Of a stretch of 58,328 nt of DNA, positions 27,412-37,091 are shown in pieces (within the stretch, counting starts at the first letter, position 1; each line of letters starts with the position of its first letter). A program made the translations under genes and the position numbers. The notes beneath the pieces were generated by a model. It had not been told where the DNA came from and ran no database searches. It worked only from the letters and a program-made list of their open reading frames with translations. Source of the DNA: Bacteroidaceae bacterium (GTDB taxonomy: Bacteria > Bacteroidota > Bacteroidia > Bacteroidales > Bacteroidaceae); contig JAGCKB010000176.1 of assembly GCA_017647725.1 (NCBI GenBank), positions 1 through 58,328 on the forward strand, given 5' to 3'.

Positions 27412-28570
27412 TCGCATCGATTACTTTCCGAGCAGCTTCATCCATAGCTTTCTCACTTTTACGAATGTATATGTTGGTCACTTCATTTCCATTCGAGTGA
27501 CCGAGTAAGTCGGCTACCATATCGATTGGTATTCCGCATTCGACGTGCGCTATAGTGGCGAATGTGTGGCGTGCCCAATAGGTTGATAGGCCGGGGAATA
27601 GTGGGGTTATGACCTTTTTACCTCCTCGGCCGACTCTGTTGATTGAGCCAATCCTCTTTAAGCCATCATTAATGTGCCCGATAAAATCATTGTACTTTTT
27701 GTAACTGTCGCAAGGATTGAGTAGGTACTCTTTGCCTCGATACCGGTTGATGATTTCCATTATCTTGGGTTCTATTTTTATGGAATATGGCTTGTGCGTT
27801 TTTTGTCTAACGTATTCAATTCTGCCATTGATGATATTCTCTTCTTTCAATAAACATAAATCACCGATATTGATACCCCGCATAAGAACCATAAGAACGA
27901 ATAGGTCTTTATATCTTTCCTGATACTCCTCAACAGGGTAGTCTCTTAATATCTTTAGATCTTCTAGAGATAGCGATCTTTTTTGCGTTGGCTCTTCCTT
28001 TATTTTAAACTTGCGGAAAGGGTAATTCGTAATCACTTCGTCATCGAGTGCGTCATTGAATACCGCTCGTAGGGTTCGCATTATGATGCTTCTCGTATTA
28101 GGTTTCATCGTTTTGGCCATATAGGCATCAAAACTGAACAACCAATCTTTGTTTATTTTTTCAAACGATGCACGATTGTCATATTTCTCTATTATAGCCC
28201 GCGCCCGGCGGTAAACAACTTGTGTCTTTACGGATCGTCTTAGCGTGGCCTTTTCAAAGTAAGCGAAGAAATCGTTTTGTGTTTGTGTGCCCTCGAGCAT
28301 AGCTTTAATGCTCGACAAGTCGTTGGGTAAATCGCCTGTCCTTCGCAACTCGTATAACCGCATATCTACATCAGCTTTTTGAGCCGCGATTTGATTGTTA
28401 ATTACTGATGCCCGGGGGTGATTGATTACTTTAACGCCATCCCATTGTTCTGGGTTTAGTTTTATATTCAGCATTAAATACGTGCTTTTGCCTTTGAGGT
28501 TGAGACGTAATTTAAGTGGGTAGGGGGCATTGCCCTTGCGACAATCGAGAAAAAATTTAGTTGTAACCAT
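27401..28570 (-). CDS. int: tyrosine recombinase / phage integrase
   Basis: 389 aa. C-terminal YWARHTFATIAH ... LLGHSN ... TNIYIRK (R, H-x-x-R, H, Y catalytic pattern). It lies adjacent to the attP-like site. Confidence 0.9.
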   Translation of the reverse strand: MVTTKFFLDCRKGNAPYPLKLRLNLKGKSTYLMLNIKLNPEQWDGVKVINHPRASVINNQIAAQKADVDMRLYELRRTGDLPNDLSSIKAMLEGTQTQNDFFAYFEKATLRRSVKTQVVYRRARAIIEKYDNRASFEKINKDWLFSFDAYMAKTMKPNTRSIIMRTLRAVFNDALDDEVITNYPFRKFKIKEEPTQKRSLSLEDLKILRDYPVEEYQERYKDLFVLMVLMRGINIGDLCLLKEENIINGRIEYVRQKTHKPYSIKIEPKIMEIINRYRGKEYLLNPCDSYKKYNDFIGHINDGLKRIGSINRVGRGGKKVITPLFPGLSTYWARHTFATIAHVECGIPIDMVADLLGHSNGNEVTNIYIRKSEKAMDEAARKVIDAIMS

Positions 28571-28587
28571 AATTATTTATTTCAGTC

Positions 28588-28607
28588 GGAGCAAGTATGG
28601 AGCAAGT
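28588..28607 (+). repeat. arm-type direct repeat pair GGAGCAAGT x2 (11-bp period), int-proximal arm
   Basis: Copies at 28588-28596 and 28599-28607. Confidence 0.85.
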
Positions 28608-28665
28608 ATTTTGTCGCAATTTGGCACTTTTTTGCCTATTTTTGCGTTAAAATATGTTAAAAAAT

Positions 28666-28734
28666 AAACGAATATCAATCTTTTTAGGGCCGCTTTTAAT
28701 GGTTTTTAAGCACCTAAAGTGTTGATATTCGTTT
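28666..28734. repeat. 13-bp perfect inverted repeat AAACGAATATCAA / TTGATATTCGTTT
   Basis: 28666-28678 and 28722-28734, just beside the tRNA-derived core. Confidence 0.85.
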
Positions 28735-28748
28735 TGTTACGTCTTTTG

Positions 28749-28795
28749 AGCGGTAGACGGGACTCGAACCCGCGACCCTCGGCTTGGGAAGCCGC
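28749..28795 (-). other. 3' portion of a tRNA-Gly(CCC)-like gene (anticodon arm to discriminator); not a complete tRNA
   Basis: The minus strand reads GCGGC-TTCCCAA-GCCGA GGGTC GCGGG-TTCGAGT-CCCGT CTACCGC T: anticodon loop with CCC, T-arm, 3' acceptor strand and U discriminator. The sequence 5' of it cannot form a D-arm or the acceptor 5' strand. Confidence 0.7.
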
Positions 28796-28850
28796 TTTAG
28801 GGTGGGGTTAAGTTGTTGATATACTTTGGTTTATACTCGGCTTGTTTTTT

Positions 28851-28870
28851 GGAGCAAGTGTGGAGCAAGT
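28851..28870 (+). repeat. arm-type direct repeat pair GGAGCAAGT x2 (11-bp period), distal arm
   Basis: Copies at 28851-28859 and 28862-28870, in the same orientation as the proximal pair. Confidence 0.85.
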
Positions 28871-29139
28871 CTTGTAGCACGCTTGTGGGGTTTTGCTTGG
28901 GTGAAGTTACTAATTTTTAAGTGATGATAAAAGTTTTCTTTGAGTAATTTCTAAGTGGGCAAGTGTTTGCGAAATGCAAGGCTTGCTTTTTGTTTTGCGC
29001 TTCTGTTGCAAGGGTGTTGCGAAGTTATTGCAACGACGTTGTGTGGGTGTTGAGAGATGCTTTGCGCTGAACACGATAGTATAGAACTTTGCGGTGCTTG
29101 GCAATGGTGCCAAGTACAACAATTAAAAACTATACTATT

Positions 29140-29649
29140 ATGAAAGTAAAAGGTTCAGATGGTTACGAACACAGCGTAACATCACAGGGTCAAGGTGCAC
29201 TGAACAGCGTGCTCGGTGGCTTGGGCACAGCGTCGTTTTTTGGTGTGAATGCCGGCAACTTACTGGGAGGCATTGGCCGCAACAATGCCGGTTGCCCTAA
29301 CCCACAGGACACACCCGTCAGCCGCTATGAGGCGGCGATGATGCAGGAACTCGCGGCTAAAGACGGCAAGATTGCTCTGTTGGAGTCGAATATCTACACA
29401 GACCAGAAGATTGCGGATGTGTACGAAAGACTGAACAAGAAGATTGACCGCAACCGCGACGAACAGAATGCTATCAACTTGCAGCAGGCTGTTTACAACG
29501 GCGTGAACACTGCGGCGGTTGAGTGCATCAAGGGACAGGTGGCACAGCTTATGGGCTTGACTAAACTTGTGGTGCCAAACGCAAGTATCTGCCCGGGTTG
29601 GGGTAATGTCACAGTAACTCCTGCGGCTGCTCCTGCAACAGGTGCGTGA
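29140..29649 (+). CDS. hypothetical protein (Gly-rich N-terminus, coiled central part)
   Basis: First ATG of the track ORF 29089..29649, whose listed start is TTG. No motif recognised. Confidence 0.5.
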   Translation: MKVKGSDGYEHSVTSQGQGALNSVLGGLGTASFFGVNAGNLLGGIGRNNAGCPNPQDTPVSRYEAAMMQELAAKDGKIALLESNIYTDQKIADVYERLNKKIDRNRDEQNAINLQQAVYNGVNTAAVECIKGQVAQLMGLTKLVVPNASICPGWGNVTVTPAAAPATGA

Positions 29650-29733
29650 GTGAGGTGAGTGGGGCTTAAAGCGGAAAGGTTTGGCTCCCCAAGTGGGAGC
29701 GCCTTTCCCTATTAACAACAAAACTAAACAACT

Positions 29734-30156
29734 ATGTATACTAACAGTCAGATATTAGCGGCGGTGGTGAGCCAGTGGATGCAACCATTGATTGGCTCTT
29801 TTGTGGGTAGCAAGATTGGGAATATCCCTATGCTGGGCGCTGCGGAAAACTGGATCAAGAACCTTGGAATTGTTTCTCCCAATTATTCAATTATCAAAGA
29901 TTTGATGCCGATAATAGGCGGCGCGAGCGATGTGCTTGTTATTCCTATATTGAACAGATATCTTTCGATGGTGGATGATGCTTCGCTGCCGGCGATGGCG
30001 CACGGAATTATCGACAAAGCTATCGAGAATGGTGAACTATCGCTTGCGGAAGGGTTTATAACCTTCGAGGAGGCCGACCTTAAAAAACTCAAGAGATTGC
30101 TCGAGCTGAACTTGCCACTGCCTGCCGATAGCGGCTATGTTGTAAAAACCGAATAA
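29734..30156 (+). CDS. hypothetical protein
   Basis: 140-aa ORF in the same-strand array. Confidence 0.5.
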   Translation: MYTNSQILAAVVSQWMQPLIGSFVGSKIGNIPMLGAAENWIKNLGIVSPNYSIIKDLMPIIGGASDVLVIPILNRYLSMVDDASLPAMAHGIIDKAIENGELSLAEGFITFEEADLKKLKRLLELNLPLPADSGYVVKTE

Positions 30157-30158
30157 CT

Positions 30159-30674
30159 ATGAATGAGATATTAGAGAGATATGAGGAGCTGTATGAGGAT
30201 ATGGCGACCTCAGGAAATAAGGAGAAGATGATTGCCTTTGGCGAGGCTGAGAAATGTATATTCCATAAGCTGGCAAAAGAGCACCCGGCTATTGCGCAGA
30301 TGTGGCTGGACAAGTTGGAGGCGATGCATTGGAAGAACTACCTATCGAAGCAGGAGGCGGAGGAGATTGCGAATCGCCTTGTTAATCAGAACGGCAGGAT
30401 GGGTGCGCATTGGGGTTATGAGACATTTAAAGCGGCGGTGGAGTCGCTTGGTGGGAAGATGAGCGATAAGCCTTTCTATAACTGCTATGCGCTGTGGATT
30501 ACCGCGAATATGATTTATAGCGACCACGCACAGAGTGTTGCGGAGGATATGGGCGCGAGCACCCCAGAGGCTGTGCCGGGTGAGAAGATGGCTTTGTCGA
30601 TGTACAAGAAGGCGGTGGAGAAGCTGAAGGACACTGACAGACCAAAGTTTGTGAGGGGGTATTTTGGTGTGTGA
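30159..30674 (+). CDS. hypothetical protein
   Basis: 171-aa ORF starting 2 nt after the previous stop, followed by a terminator. Confidence 0.55.
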   Translation: MNEILERYEELYEDMATSGNKEKMIAFGEAEKCIFHKLAKEHPAIAQMWLDKLEAMHWKNYLSKQEAEEIANRLVNQNGRMGAHWGYETFKAAVESLGGKMSDKPFYNCYALWITANMIYSDHAQSVAEDMGASTPEAVPGEKMALSMYKKAVEKLKDTDRPKFVRGYFGV

Positions 30675-30696
30675 GGTGGATGCCTTTATGTTTGTG

Positions 30697-30737
30697 ATTG
30701 GTGGGTTTAAATGGATAAATCCACCAATCTTTGTTTT
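30697..30737 (+). terminator. intrinsic terminator
   Basis: ATTGGTGG ... CCACCAAT 8-bp stem followed by CTTTGTTTT. Confidence 0.6.
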
Positions 30738-30754
30738 GGGTGCATATTTGCGGT

Positions 30755-31189
30755 ATGATGACTATTGAATTTATTATACCGAAAGATAGGGTGCTTGAGG
30801 AGGTTGCCAAGAGCACTGCCTATGTGGGTGTTGCGGTGGATGCCCACGAGAAGATTGCAACTGTGGATGCGAACGAGGAGATTCTTGGTTCGTTCATTGA
30901 GGTTGCTTGTAATGACTTGTTACTTGCGTTTGGGGCTTATGACCCAAAGGTTGAGGAGCTGGCTTTTGAACTGACAATGCCTGATGGTTTTGATGGCGCT
31001 AGGGCGGTTGTGCTTGAGCGACTTGTGTTTGAGTATATTGTGTCGGCGGTGATTTGGAGGTGGTTGTTTATGTTCTTTCCGGAGAAAGCGGTGATGTGGG
31101 AGCAGCGTGCTACCGAGGTGATGACGCGAATCAAGTCAACGGTTAATTCAAGGAGTAGGGTCTTGCGCAGAGTGCAGAGGCCGTTTTAA
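30755..31189 (+). CDS. hypothetical protein (head-tail connector-like by composition and position)
   Basis: First ATG. The track start at 30731 is TTG and lies inside the terminator T-tract. Confidence 0.45.
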   Translation: MMTIEFIIPKDRVLEEVAKSTAYVGVAVDAHEKIATVDANEEILGSFIEVACNDLLLAFGAYDPKVEELAFELTMPDGFDGARAVVLERLVFEYIVSAVIWRWLFMFFPEKAVMWEQRATEVMTRIKSTVNSRSRVLRRVQRPF

Positions 31190-31210
31190 TACTCTTACCA
31201 TATTAAAATA

Positions 31211-31241
31211 AAAAGGGGCAACCGTGATGGCTGCCCCTTTT
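31211..31241. terminator. bidirectional terminator between convergent genes
   Basis: A5-GGGGCA ... TGCCCC-T4. Confidence 0.7.
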
Positions 31242-31242
31242 G

Positions 31243-34200
31243 TTATCGTAACTTGTTGTTCAAGCGTGGTTCGAAGTCTATGCTACAGCCTGTAATACTT
31301 TCGTCTTTGCCTAAGGTGAATGTTGAGGCGAGGCGGAAATATTTGTAGGGTGTTCCGCGCATACCACGCAGGATGTGGTCGGTGGAGCCGTAAACGGGGT
31401 GCCACGTTTCCAAATCGCGTGAACCGTAGAGCATTGTGTTGACGTGGCCTTTCTTGAACTGCCCGCGTTGGATGATGGAGGTGATGGTTTTGTGTACATC
31501 GGGTGCGCCAAGTTTTATTGGGCGTGTGATGTAGTGGCCTTTAGCCTCGGTGTCGTCGGTGGCGGAGTAATCGACAAGTGTGCCATCGCTTGTCATTGCA
31601 TAGGCTTGTGGGTAGTAGTCTATAGTGGATTGTATGCTGTTCACCGTTATGCCCCACTGCTTGCTATCCAATGAGAATACGTAGGAGTAGCCGTAGTCGG
31701 GGTTGAATACTATTATGCGCTGACCTGTGTAGTCGTAAAGCATTTGGATGTTAGCCTTGTAGGTGTCCCACGATACGATGTTGAAGTCTTTGTGGTCCTT
31801 ACTGATTTTATCATATGCGAATTTAAGCTGCGTAATGTCAAAGGTCGTGCCGTCAAGCGCTTCGGTGATGCACTGCACTTGTGAGCCGGCAAGGAGCATT
31901 ATGCCTCGATCGGTGGAGAAAAGTACGGCATCGTCGATTTGCGTGACTGACTCGGGCGTCAAGGCGACATCTCTTGTAATGACCTGACGGGCTGAGTAGG
32001 TTCCGGTGCCTGTGACTTCGAGTGCCCAAATGCCTTTGTCGGTGAACGCGTACAATGGGAACTGACCGAACTGTCCCTGTGACAGGGCTTTGGCGGCAGT
32101 GCTCAGCGCGTGGATTTTGCCGACGGGCAACTCGCTTGTGTTTTCCTCACTGAAGATAAAGGGGTTGTTGACATTGCTTGTCTTTATCTTGTTGCCGTAG
32201 AGGATGGGGGTCTGTGGGTAGTTGGGGATTTTATCTACCATTGTTTGCTCTCCTCTTATATCATCAAACATATTAAAGACATAAGCGAGGTTGAGAAATG
32301 GGTGGCGAGTGAGTTTTATGGTTTCGGTGCTGTAGTGGCCATCGTATTCCCAAATTAAAATCAGCTCAGTTGCTGTTGCACGCGGGTATGCGAAATAGAT
32401 AAATTTAGTGTCTATATAGCTGTCGGGATTTGACAATAAATGATAGGTTACTTGTGAATTTTCATTTACCTTAACATAGGTTGCTATCAATTTCCAATTT
32501 GATTCTGTTTCACTCGTCGGGTTTTGTTTTTCAATATCGGGACAATCAGGCAGACTCTCGCCTTTGATTATTGCATTTAAACGATTGTTATATGCAAAGG
32601 TTTGTGATACTATGTCTTTCGATTGTCGCTGTGTGAGTTCTGATAATGTTACAGAGGTTGTGATGTCTATAAGTGCATTTTCTTTTAACGGTAGCACTCC
32701 TGATATTCCGGTTTTATAATCACTTATGGGCAGCTCGCAGATACGATAGAAATTGCTATAATCAGTGATTAGGTCTTTATATTTTTTACCATCTACGCGT
32801 TTTAATTCTATATAATGGTGGATGTCTTCGAACTCGGATTTTGTTTTTTTAGTGTATTGTCTAATAAAAGCATCTCCGCCCTTTATGTGAACGGTCTTGT
32901 TTTTCGCGAAGCTATACACATTGTAACTCCCCTCTTCGGGAAGCGGGAGATTAATTTTTTCTACCTCCTCTGGTGATAGTGGGTCTATATCGTAATAGTA
33001 TGGGACAAACGCTTCCCACTCTTTTTGGGTTAGTTTTACTTGTGCGTTACTAATATCTACCGCGTAATATGTATTTGCTTCCGCAACGAAAGAAGCGTCC
33101 TTCTTCACGCTAAGGGTTTTATATAATTTATAGTTATAATCACTATCAGTGCTTGATACTGCTTGGGATATTGGCATCCATTGCTCGCCATCCATTAACT
33201 CGGGCTCATCTGAGCCGCCGTACGCCCATTTCTCAATTTCCTGCCCGGATTCATTTACCACTTTCTCTCGGTTCCAATAGGGGAGTTGAGAGAGTGATAT
33301 AACAGCATTAGCGTCATCGGTGTAATTCTCTATTTGCGGGGTAATGAATACATCTATGTGAGAGATCAAGTCGCCCCAGTCTGATATATTTTCGGGCAGT
33401 TTAATCTCGGCTAAAATTTCGGAGCCCGAAAATAGGGGGTTAAATGTCACCTTACCTTCAGACGATATTTTAGCCCCCGTTACAGGTGTTCCCCAAGTGG
33501 TAGGTACTAATAGAACAGGAATTGTGTGCTGTGCGTGCGTATTATCGTAGAGCCTGTAAGCAAAACGGATGTAAAACGGGGAGGTTAAAAAACCGTTTTT
33601 TTGTAGCAGGCGTTTAACAGCATTTAGTTTTGCGAATACTTTGTTATATACGTTTTGTCGGGTATCGCCGTAGAGATTTATTTTGTGCTCTGCGCCGCTG
33701 TAGAGTTTTTGGGCTTCTGAGGTGTTTATTAGGTTTGTGCCACTTAATTCAACGTCTACAATAGATTGGTCGAGTTCTGTGCCGTATATGTTGTCGAGCT
33801 CGTTGTTGTCGAATATGTGTGTTTTTATATAGGGCTTTGCCTCTAACTCCGGCAACTGTGTGCCGAGGTTGGTGTAGCCATCATTCTTCCAAAGGAAGTA
33901 ATGTATGATGCCGTTGCCGTCGAGGACTGCGAGGGTGTTGCCTATGGGGGTGACGGAGATTACTCCGCCGTCATTCTTAAAGTCGTATAGTTCGCCTGTT
34001 ATGCTGTAATCCTTTACATCTTCCCAAGTTAACTTGTTTCCGTCATAAATGAGATAGTGTTCGCGATCGGATACTCGGTGGATGGCGAGTACTGCTGCGT
34101 CTTTGCTAAAGGATTTGACCCTCTTGGGTGGCAGTATGGGGCGCAGTGCTCCACGATGGGGGATGCAGTTAAGCATACTTGCCATATCTCCGTCCGGGCT

Positions 34201-34254
34201 TTGGTAGTCGGACGGAGAGGCTGAATAACCGTTGTATTTGATTTCTGTTATCAT
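31243..34254 (-). CDS. large hypothetical protein (1003 aa), candidate virion tail/nozzle component
   Basis: Long ORF with beta-rich repetitive composition, and the last gene of the minus-strand transcription unit. The function is inferred only from its size and the absence of other tail genes. Confidence 0.6.
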   Translation of the reverse strand: MITEIKYNGYSASPSDYQSPDGDMASMLNCIPHRGALRPILPPKRVKSFSKDAAVLAIHRVSDREHYLIYDGNKLTWEDVKDYSITGELYDFKNDGGVISVTPIGNTLAVLDGNGIIHYFLWKNDGYTNLGTQLPELEAKPYIKTHIFDNNELDNIYGTELDQSIVDVELSGTNLINTSEAQKLYSGAEHKINLYGDTRQNVYNKVFAKLNAVKRLLQKNGFLTSPFYIRFAYRLYDNTHAQHTIPVLLVPTTWGTPVTGAKISSEGKVTFNPLFSGSEILAEIKLPENISDWGDLISHIDVFITPQIENYTDDANAVISLSQLPYWNREKVVNESGQEIEKWAYGGSDEPELMDGEQWMPISQAVSSTDSDYNYKLYKTLSVKKDASFVAEANTYYAVDISNAQVKLTQKEWEAFVPYYYDIDPLSPEEVEKINLPLPEEGSYNVYSFAKNKTVHIKGGDAFIRQYTKKTKSEFEDIHHYIELKRVDGKKYKDLITDYSNFYRICELPISDYKTGISGVLPLKENALIDITTSVTLSELTQRQSKDIVSQTFAYNNRLNAIIKGESLPDCPDIEKQNPTSETESNWKLIATYVKVNENSQVTYHLLSNPDSYIDTKFIYFAYPRATATELILIWEYDGHYSTETIKLTRHPFLNLAYVFNMFDDIRGEQTMVDKIPNYPQTPILYGNKIKTSNVNNPFIFSEENTSELPVGKIHALSTAAKALSQGQFGQFPLYAFTDKGIWALEVTGTGTYSARQVITRDVALTPESVTQIDDAVLFSTDRGIMLLAGSQVQCITEALDGTTFDITQLKFAYDKISKDHKDFNIVSWDTYKANIQMLYDYTGQRIIVFNPDYGYSYVFSLDSKQWGITVNSIQSTIDYYPQAYAMTSDGTLVDYSATDDTEAKGHYITRPIKLGAPDVHKTITSIIQRGQFKKGHVNTMLYGSRDLETWHPVYGSTDHILRGMRGTPYKYFRLASTFTLGKDESITGCSIDFEPRLNNKLR

Positions 34255-34625
34255 TATAGTTTGTTTTTGGTTATCACTGGAATTGCGGTGCCAAAGGATT
34301 GCTCGCCGGGAGTGCCACAGGGCAGGCTGGCTTTAGTGTTGCTGCCTGTGAGTGCGAGTATTGCGCGGCAGAGACGCGTGCTGTATGCACGGAGAGAGTG
34401 GCAGTGTTTTGCACGGTTATTGGTGACGAAGCACTGCGCCTCGTGGCGACCGATGGCAGCGCGCGTGCGAACGTAGAGGTAGTACTCTCCGCGATCGGCC
34501 ATAATGTCGATTACATCGCCACTGCGTATGTTGAGCTGCTTTGCGATGTGTGCCGATATGTCGATACGTCCACTGCTGTGGAAGATAATATCGGGTCGAC
34601 GGGTGTTTGGTAGTAGACTTGTCAT
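34254..34625 (-). CDS. AbrB/SpoVT-like small DNA-binding protein, tentative
   Basis: GRIDISAHIAKQLNIRSGDVIDI resembles the swapped-hairpin AbrB/MazE motif. It overlaps the downstream ORF by 1 nt. Confidence 0.45.
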   Translation of the reverse strand: MTSLLPNTRRPDIIFHSSGRIDISAHIAKQLNIRSGDVIDIMADRGEYYLYVRTRAAIGRHEAQCFVTNNRAKHCHSLRAYSTRLCRAILALTGSNTKASLPCGTPGEQSFGTAIPVITKNKL

Positions 34626-34726
34626 AGGGGCAAATATAAGGCTTGGGGGAATTTGATGGGGTTTATCTGTTTTATGGGGCTAAGCCCCCGGCCGTCCGTG
34701 AGGATAGTCGGGGGTTGAATGTAGGG

Positions 34727-35230
34727 TTATTTCGTATTCGGAAGCGGGTATGCGTTATGTTCAAGCGTCACCCAAAGACATTCGTTAATTCCTTCAAGAA
34801 GAAAAGTTTGCTTCGTGTAATCAGGAGATGCCTCACCTCTATAAGGCTTCAGTCCCAGAGACTTGATGTATGCCTCGATGCGTAAGTACTGATTCCATAA
34901 CTCAGTACTACAGGGACGACGCACATCTTCTTTTACCGGTCCCTCACCTTCCCCGGCAATCTCCATCTTCTTATCTTGAGTCTCCTCGTCCTTCTTACTC
35001 AATTTCTCCATTAGTGAAGTAAAACCGCTCAAAGAGTTCGAGAGCTGGTCCACCTCAACATCCGGCAGTTTTACATTCTCGCAGATAAAATCAAAGAGTT
35101 CTTTCGCCCTCCTCATATTGTATTGGTGGTTGGGATACTCACCGGTGCTGGTGAACTCAATTGCATACTTCAAGGCTTCTGCCTTGCTCTTAAGGCTCAA
35201 CGTTGGTGAGCCAGAAATTCTTAAACACAT
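34727..35230 (-). CDS. hypothetical protein
   Basis: 167-aa ORF in the minus-strand array. Confidence 0.5.
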   Translation of the reverse strand: MCLRISGSPTLSLKSKAEALKYAIEFTSTGEYPNHQYNMRRAKELFDFICENVKLPDVEVDQLSNSLSGFTSLMEKLSKKDEETQDKKMEIAGEGEGPVKEDVRRPCSTELWNQYLRIEAYIKSLGLKPYRGEASPDYTKQTFLLEGINECLWVTLEHNAYPLPNTK

Positions 35231-35254
35231 AAGTTTAAATTTAAAGGTTAAACA

Positions 35255-35689
35255 TTATTTCTCGTCAATTATCAGTTTGCGTTCCCAGAGGCGGCGTTCA
35301 GCATTAAAGATTTTAATGCGATTACGGAGTTCGGCGACTTCGCATTTTAACTTGTAGCGTTCATCCTCTTTCGTAATAAGTTTTTCTGTTAGTTGGTTCT
35401 CTGTATTATCGCACTTTTTTCGGAGCATATTTGTTTCTTCAACTAATGCCTTTACAGCCTCATCACCCGATATGATGCGGGTTATGCCGTAAGAACCGTA
35501 GCATACAGACTTGCCTGCCAGCGCGGCAGTCAATAGCGCTACATTTGATGAGCTAATAGTGAACTCCCCTTCAATTAGGACACTTTCCTTGCCATTCTCT
35601 ATAGTGCCGTTTTGTGTCTTAATGATTACCCCGAGTTCAGGAGTGATAATTACGCGCTGCTTTGCAGCTTCTTTGTTTTCTTTTTCCAT
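35255..35689 (-). CDS. hypothetical protein with C-terminal coiled coil
   Basis: 144-aa ORF in the minus-strand array. Confidence 0.5.
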   Translation of the reverse strand: MEKENKEAAKQRVIITPELGVIIKTQNGTIENGKESVLIEGEFTISSSNVALLTAALAGKSVCYGSYGITRIISGDEAVKALVEETNMLRKKCDNTENQLTEKLITKEDERYKLKCEVAELRNRIKIFNAERRLWERKLIIDEK

Positions 35690-35828
35690 AATACGTTTTT
35701 AAAAATTGTTTGGCTAATGTTGTTAATACTTCAAATGTTAACGGCGGAGGTCTCATCCGCTTTGAGATTGTTCTGTACTTGCTACTCATAATTATTTTGC
35801 TGTACGCGGTAAGGGTTTGTTTCGATTG

Positions 35829-36068
35829 TCATAATCCTGTCACTCCTAAACAATGATAATTATTATCCCACCATTCTTTGTACTCTTCGTATGGTATTTC
35901 CATAACATCGCCATCAAGTTGGTTGATGTCGATTACCGCGGTACACTCTGAATAACGCAACACTCTTTCATATTCTCTTGTATTCGGGTTCATTACCCAC
36001 TCATACCACTTCAAGGATTTACCTTTATCTGCGGTGTATCTTTTTAATGCTATATCACTTGCTTTCAT
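35829..36068 (-). CDS. hypothetical protein
   Basis: 79 aa, 4-nt overlap with the upstream gene. Confidence 0.5.
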   Translation of the reverse strand: MKASDIALKRYTADKGKSLKWYEWVMNPNTREYERVLRYSECTAVIDINQLDGDVMEIPYEEYKEWWDNNYHCLGVTGL

Positions 36069-36262
36069 TTCTCAAACTTTTTATTGGATTTCTTAAAAAT
36101 ACCACCTACACCGATAAGACGCGCGCAGGAGTGTATTCCAATTAAACAATTTTGGCAACCATTTATTTGGTCATATAGGTCGCAATTACTACTATATGAG
36201 AAGGGTTTATCATCCACCGCATCATACCTCACTCCGTTGATTATTATGCTTACTTCGTTCAT
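36065..36262 (-). CDS. hypothetical Cys-containing small protein
   Basis: 65 aa with four Cys (C-x8-C-x2-C-x6-C). Confidence 0.45.
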   Translation of the reverse strand: MNEVSIIINGVRYDAVDDKPFSYSSNCDLYDQINGCQNCLIGIHSCARLIGVGGIFKKSNKKFEK

Positions 36263-36269
36263 ATTTACA

Positions 36270-36566
36270 TTATTTTTTCAATTCTTTAATAAGTGCATCG
36301 GCATATCCTACTGCTTGTGCTGCAATATCTTTATATGTGTCGTAGTTATTCTTGCCGAGTATAACTTGCATAGCACCGATAGAGGCTTGCACTCTTGCTT
36401 GATTCCAGTCTGTTGTTGAGGTATCTCCATTGTCATCTGAAATAAGCTCTACATCTTCGGGTTTCAATTCAATAGGATTTCCGTAACTATCACACATATC
36501 CAATGTAATCTTTGCATACTCAGCAAGTTTCACTATTTCTCCTGTTGCTTTAATTCTTGCTTTCAT
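36270..36566 (-). CDS. hypothetical protein
   Basis: 98 aa, 4-nt overlap with the upstream gene. Confidence 0.5.
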   Translation of the reverse strand: MKARIKATGEIVKLAEYAKITLDMCDSYGNPIELKPEDVELISDDNGDTSTTDWNQARVQASIGAMQVILGKNNYDTYKDIAAQAVGYADALIKELKK

Positions 36567-36910
36567 TGCTTTAAGTATTCTTTGTTAAACGCTCCACAAC
36601 CAATTCTCAAACTAATAGTCGCTATTACATCTTCGTATGCTAAATTGGGCATAATGTTGAACGTGTCGGCATTATCGTAATTAAGCATACACAGCAACCT
36701 GTGCAGACTCCAAGCGGGGATATAATCTGGAAACAATATATTATCACGTTCCGTTCTTATATTGCGATGATACTCTATATTACCCGCTCCATCTTCACTG
36801 CCTTCGTGGTAATACATATCTGCTGTTTCGGGTTTCAATCCCAACTCCAAAAGTCGTTGGCTCTGATTTATGTCGGTGCAGACTTGGCTGTTAAATTTTA
36901 GTTCGTTCAT
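36563..36910 (-). CDS. hypothetical protein
   Basis: 115 aa in the minus-strand array. Confidence 0.5.
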   Translation of the reverse strand: MNELKFNSQVCTDINQSQRLLELGLKPETADMYYHEGSEDGAGNIEYHRNIRTERDNILFPDYIPAWSLHRLLCMLNYDNADTFNIMPNLAYEDVIATISLRIGCGAFNKEYLKQ

Positions 36911-36967
36911 TGTCTATAATACTTTTAGGTAGTCTTAACCATTCTCCTTTACTATTACTTAACTCAA

Positions 36968-37090
36968 TTACAGGATAACACCTTCTATTTCGTGTTCCAC
37001 ACCTTCGTAGAAAAAGTTCATCTTAACTATCTGTCCCGTTGCTATAGCTTTACGATTCCTGTCGATAATACCTGTTAAAATGTTTGCCAT
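36968..37090 (-). CDS. small hypothetical protein (40 aa; not in the ORF track)
   Basis: My own translation gives MANILTGIIDRNRKAIATGQIVKMNFFYEGVEHEIEGVIL. Its ATG lies 1 nt after the stop of the upstream gene. Confidence 0.35.
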   Translation of the reverse strand: MANILTGIIDRNRKAIATGQIVKMNFFYEGVEHEIEGVIL

Positions 37091-37091
37091 A

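Larger units (their letters stand above)
28588..28870. mobile_element. attP-like region (arm-type repeats flanking a tRNA 3'-fragment core)
   Basis: See the three repeat features and the tRNA fragment below. It lies immediately upstream of int. Confidence 0.7.

Noticed and set aside
28749-28795. Complete tRNA gene next to the integrase
   Set aside because: Only the anticodon arm, variable loop, T-arm and 3' acceptor strand are present. The upstream sequence (CCCCACCCTAAA in tRNA sense) cannot form the D-arm or the 5' acceptor strand. I interpret it as the attP core.
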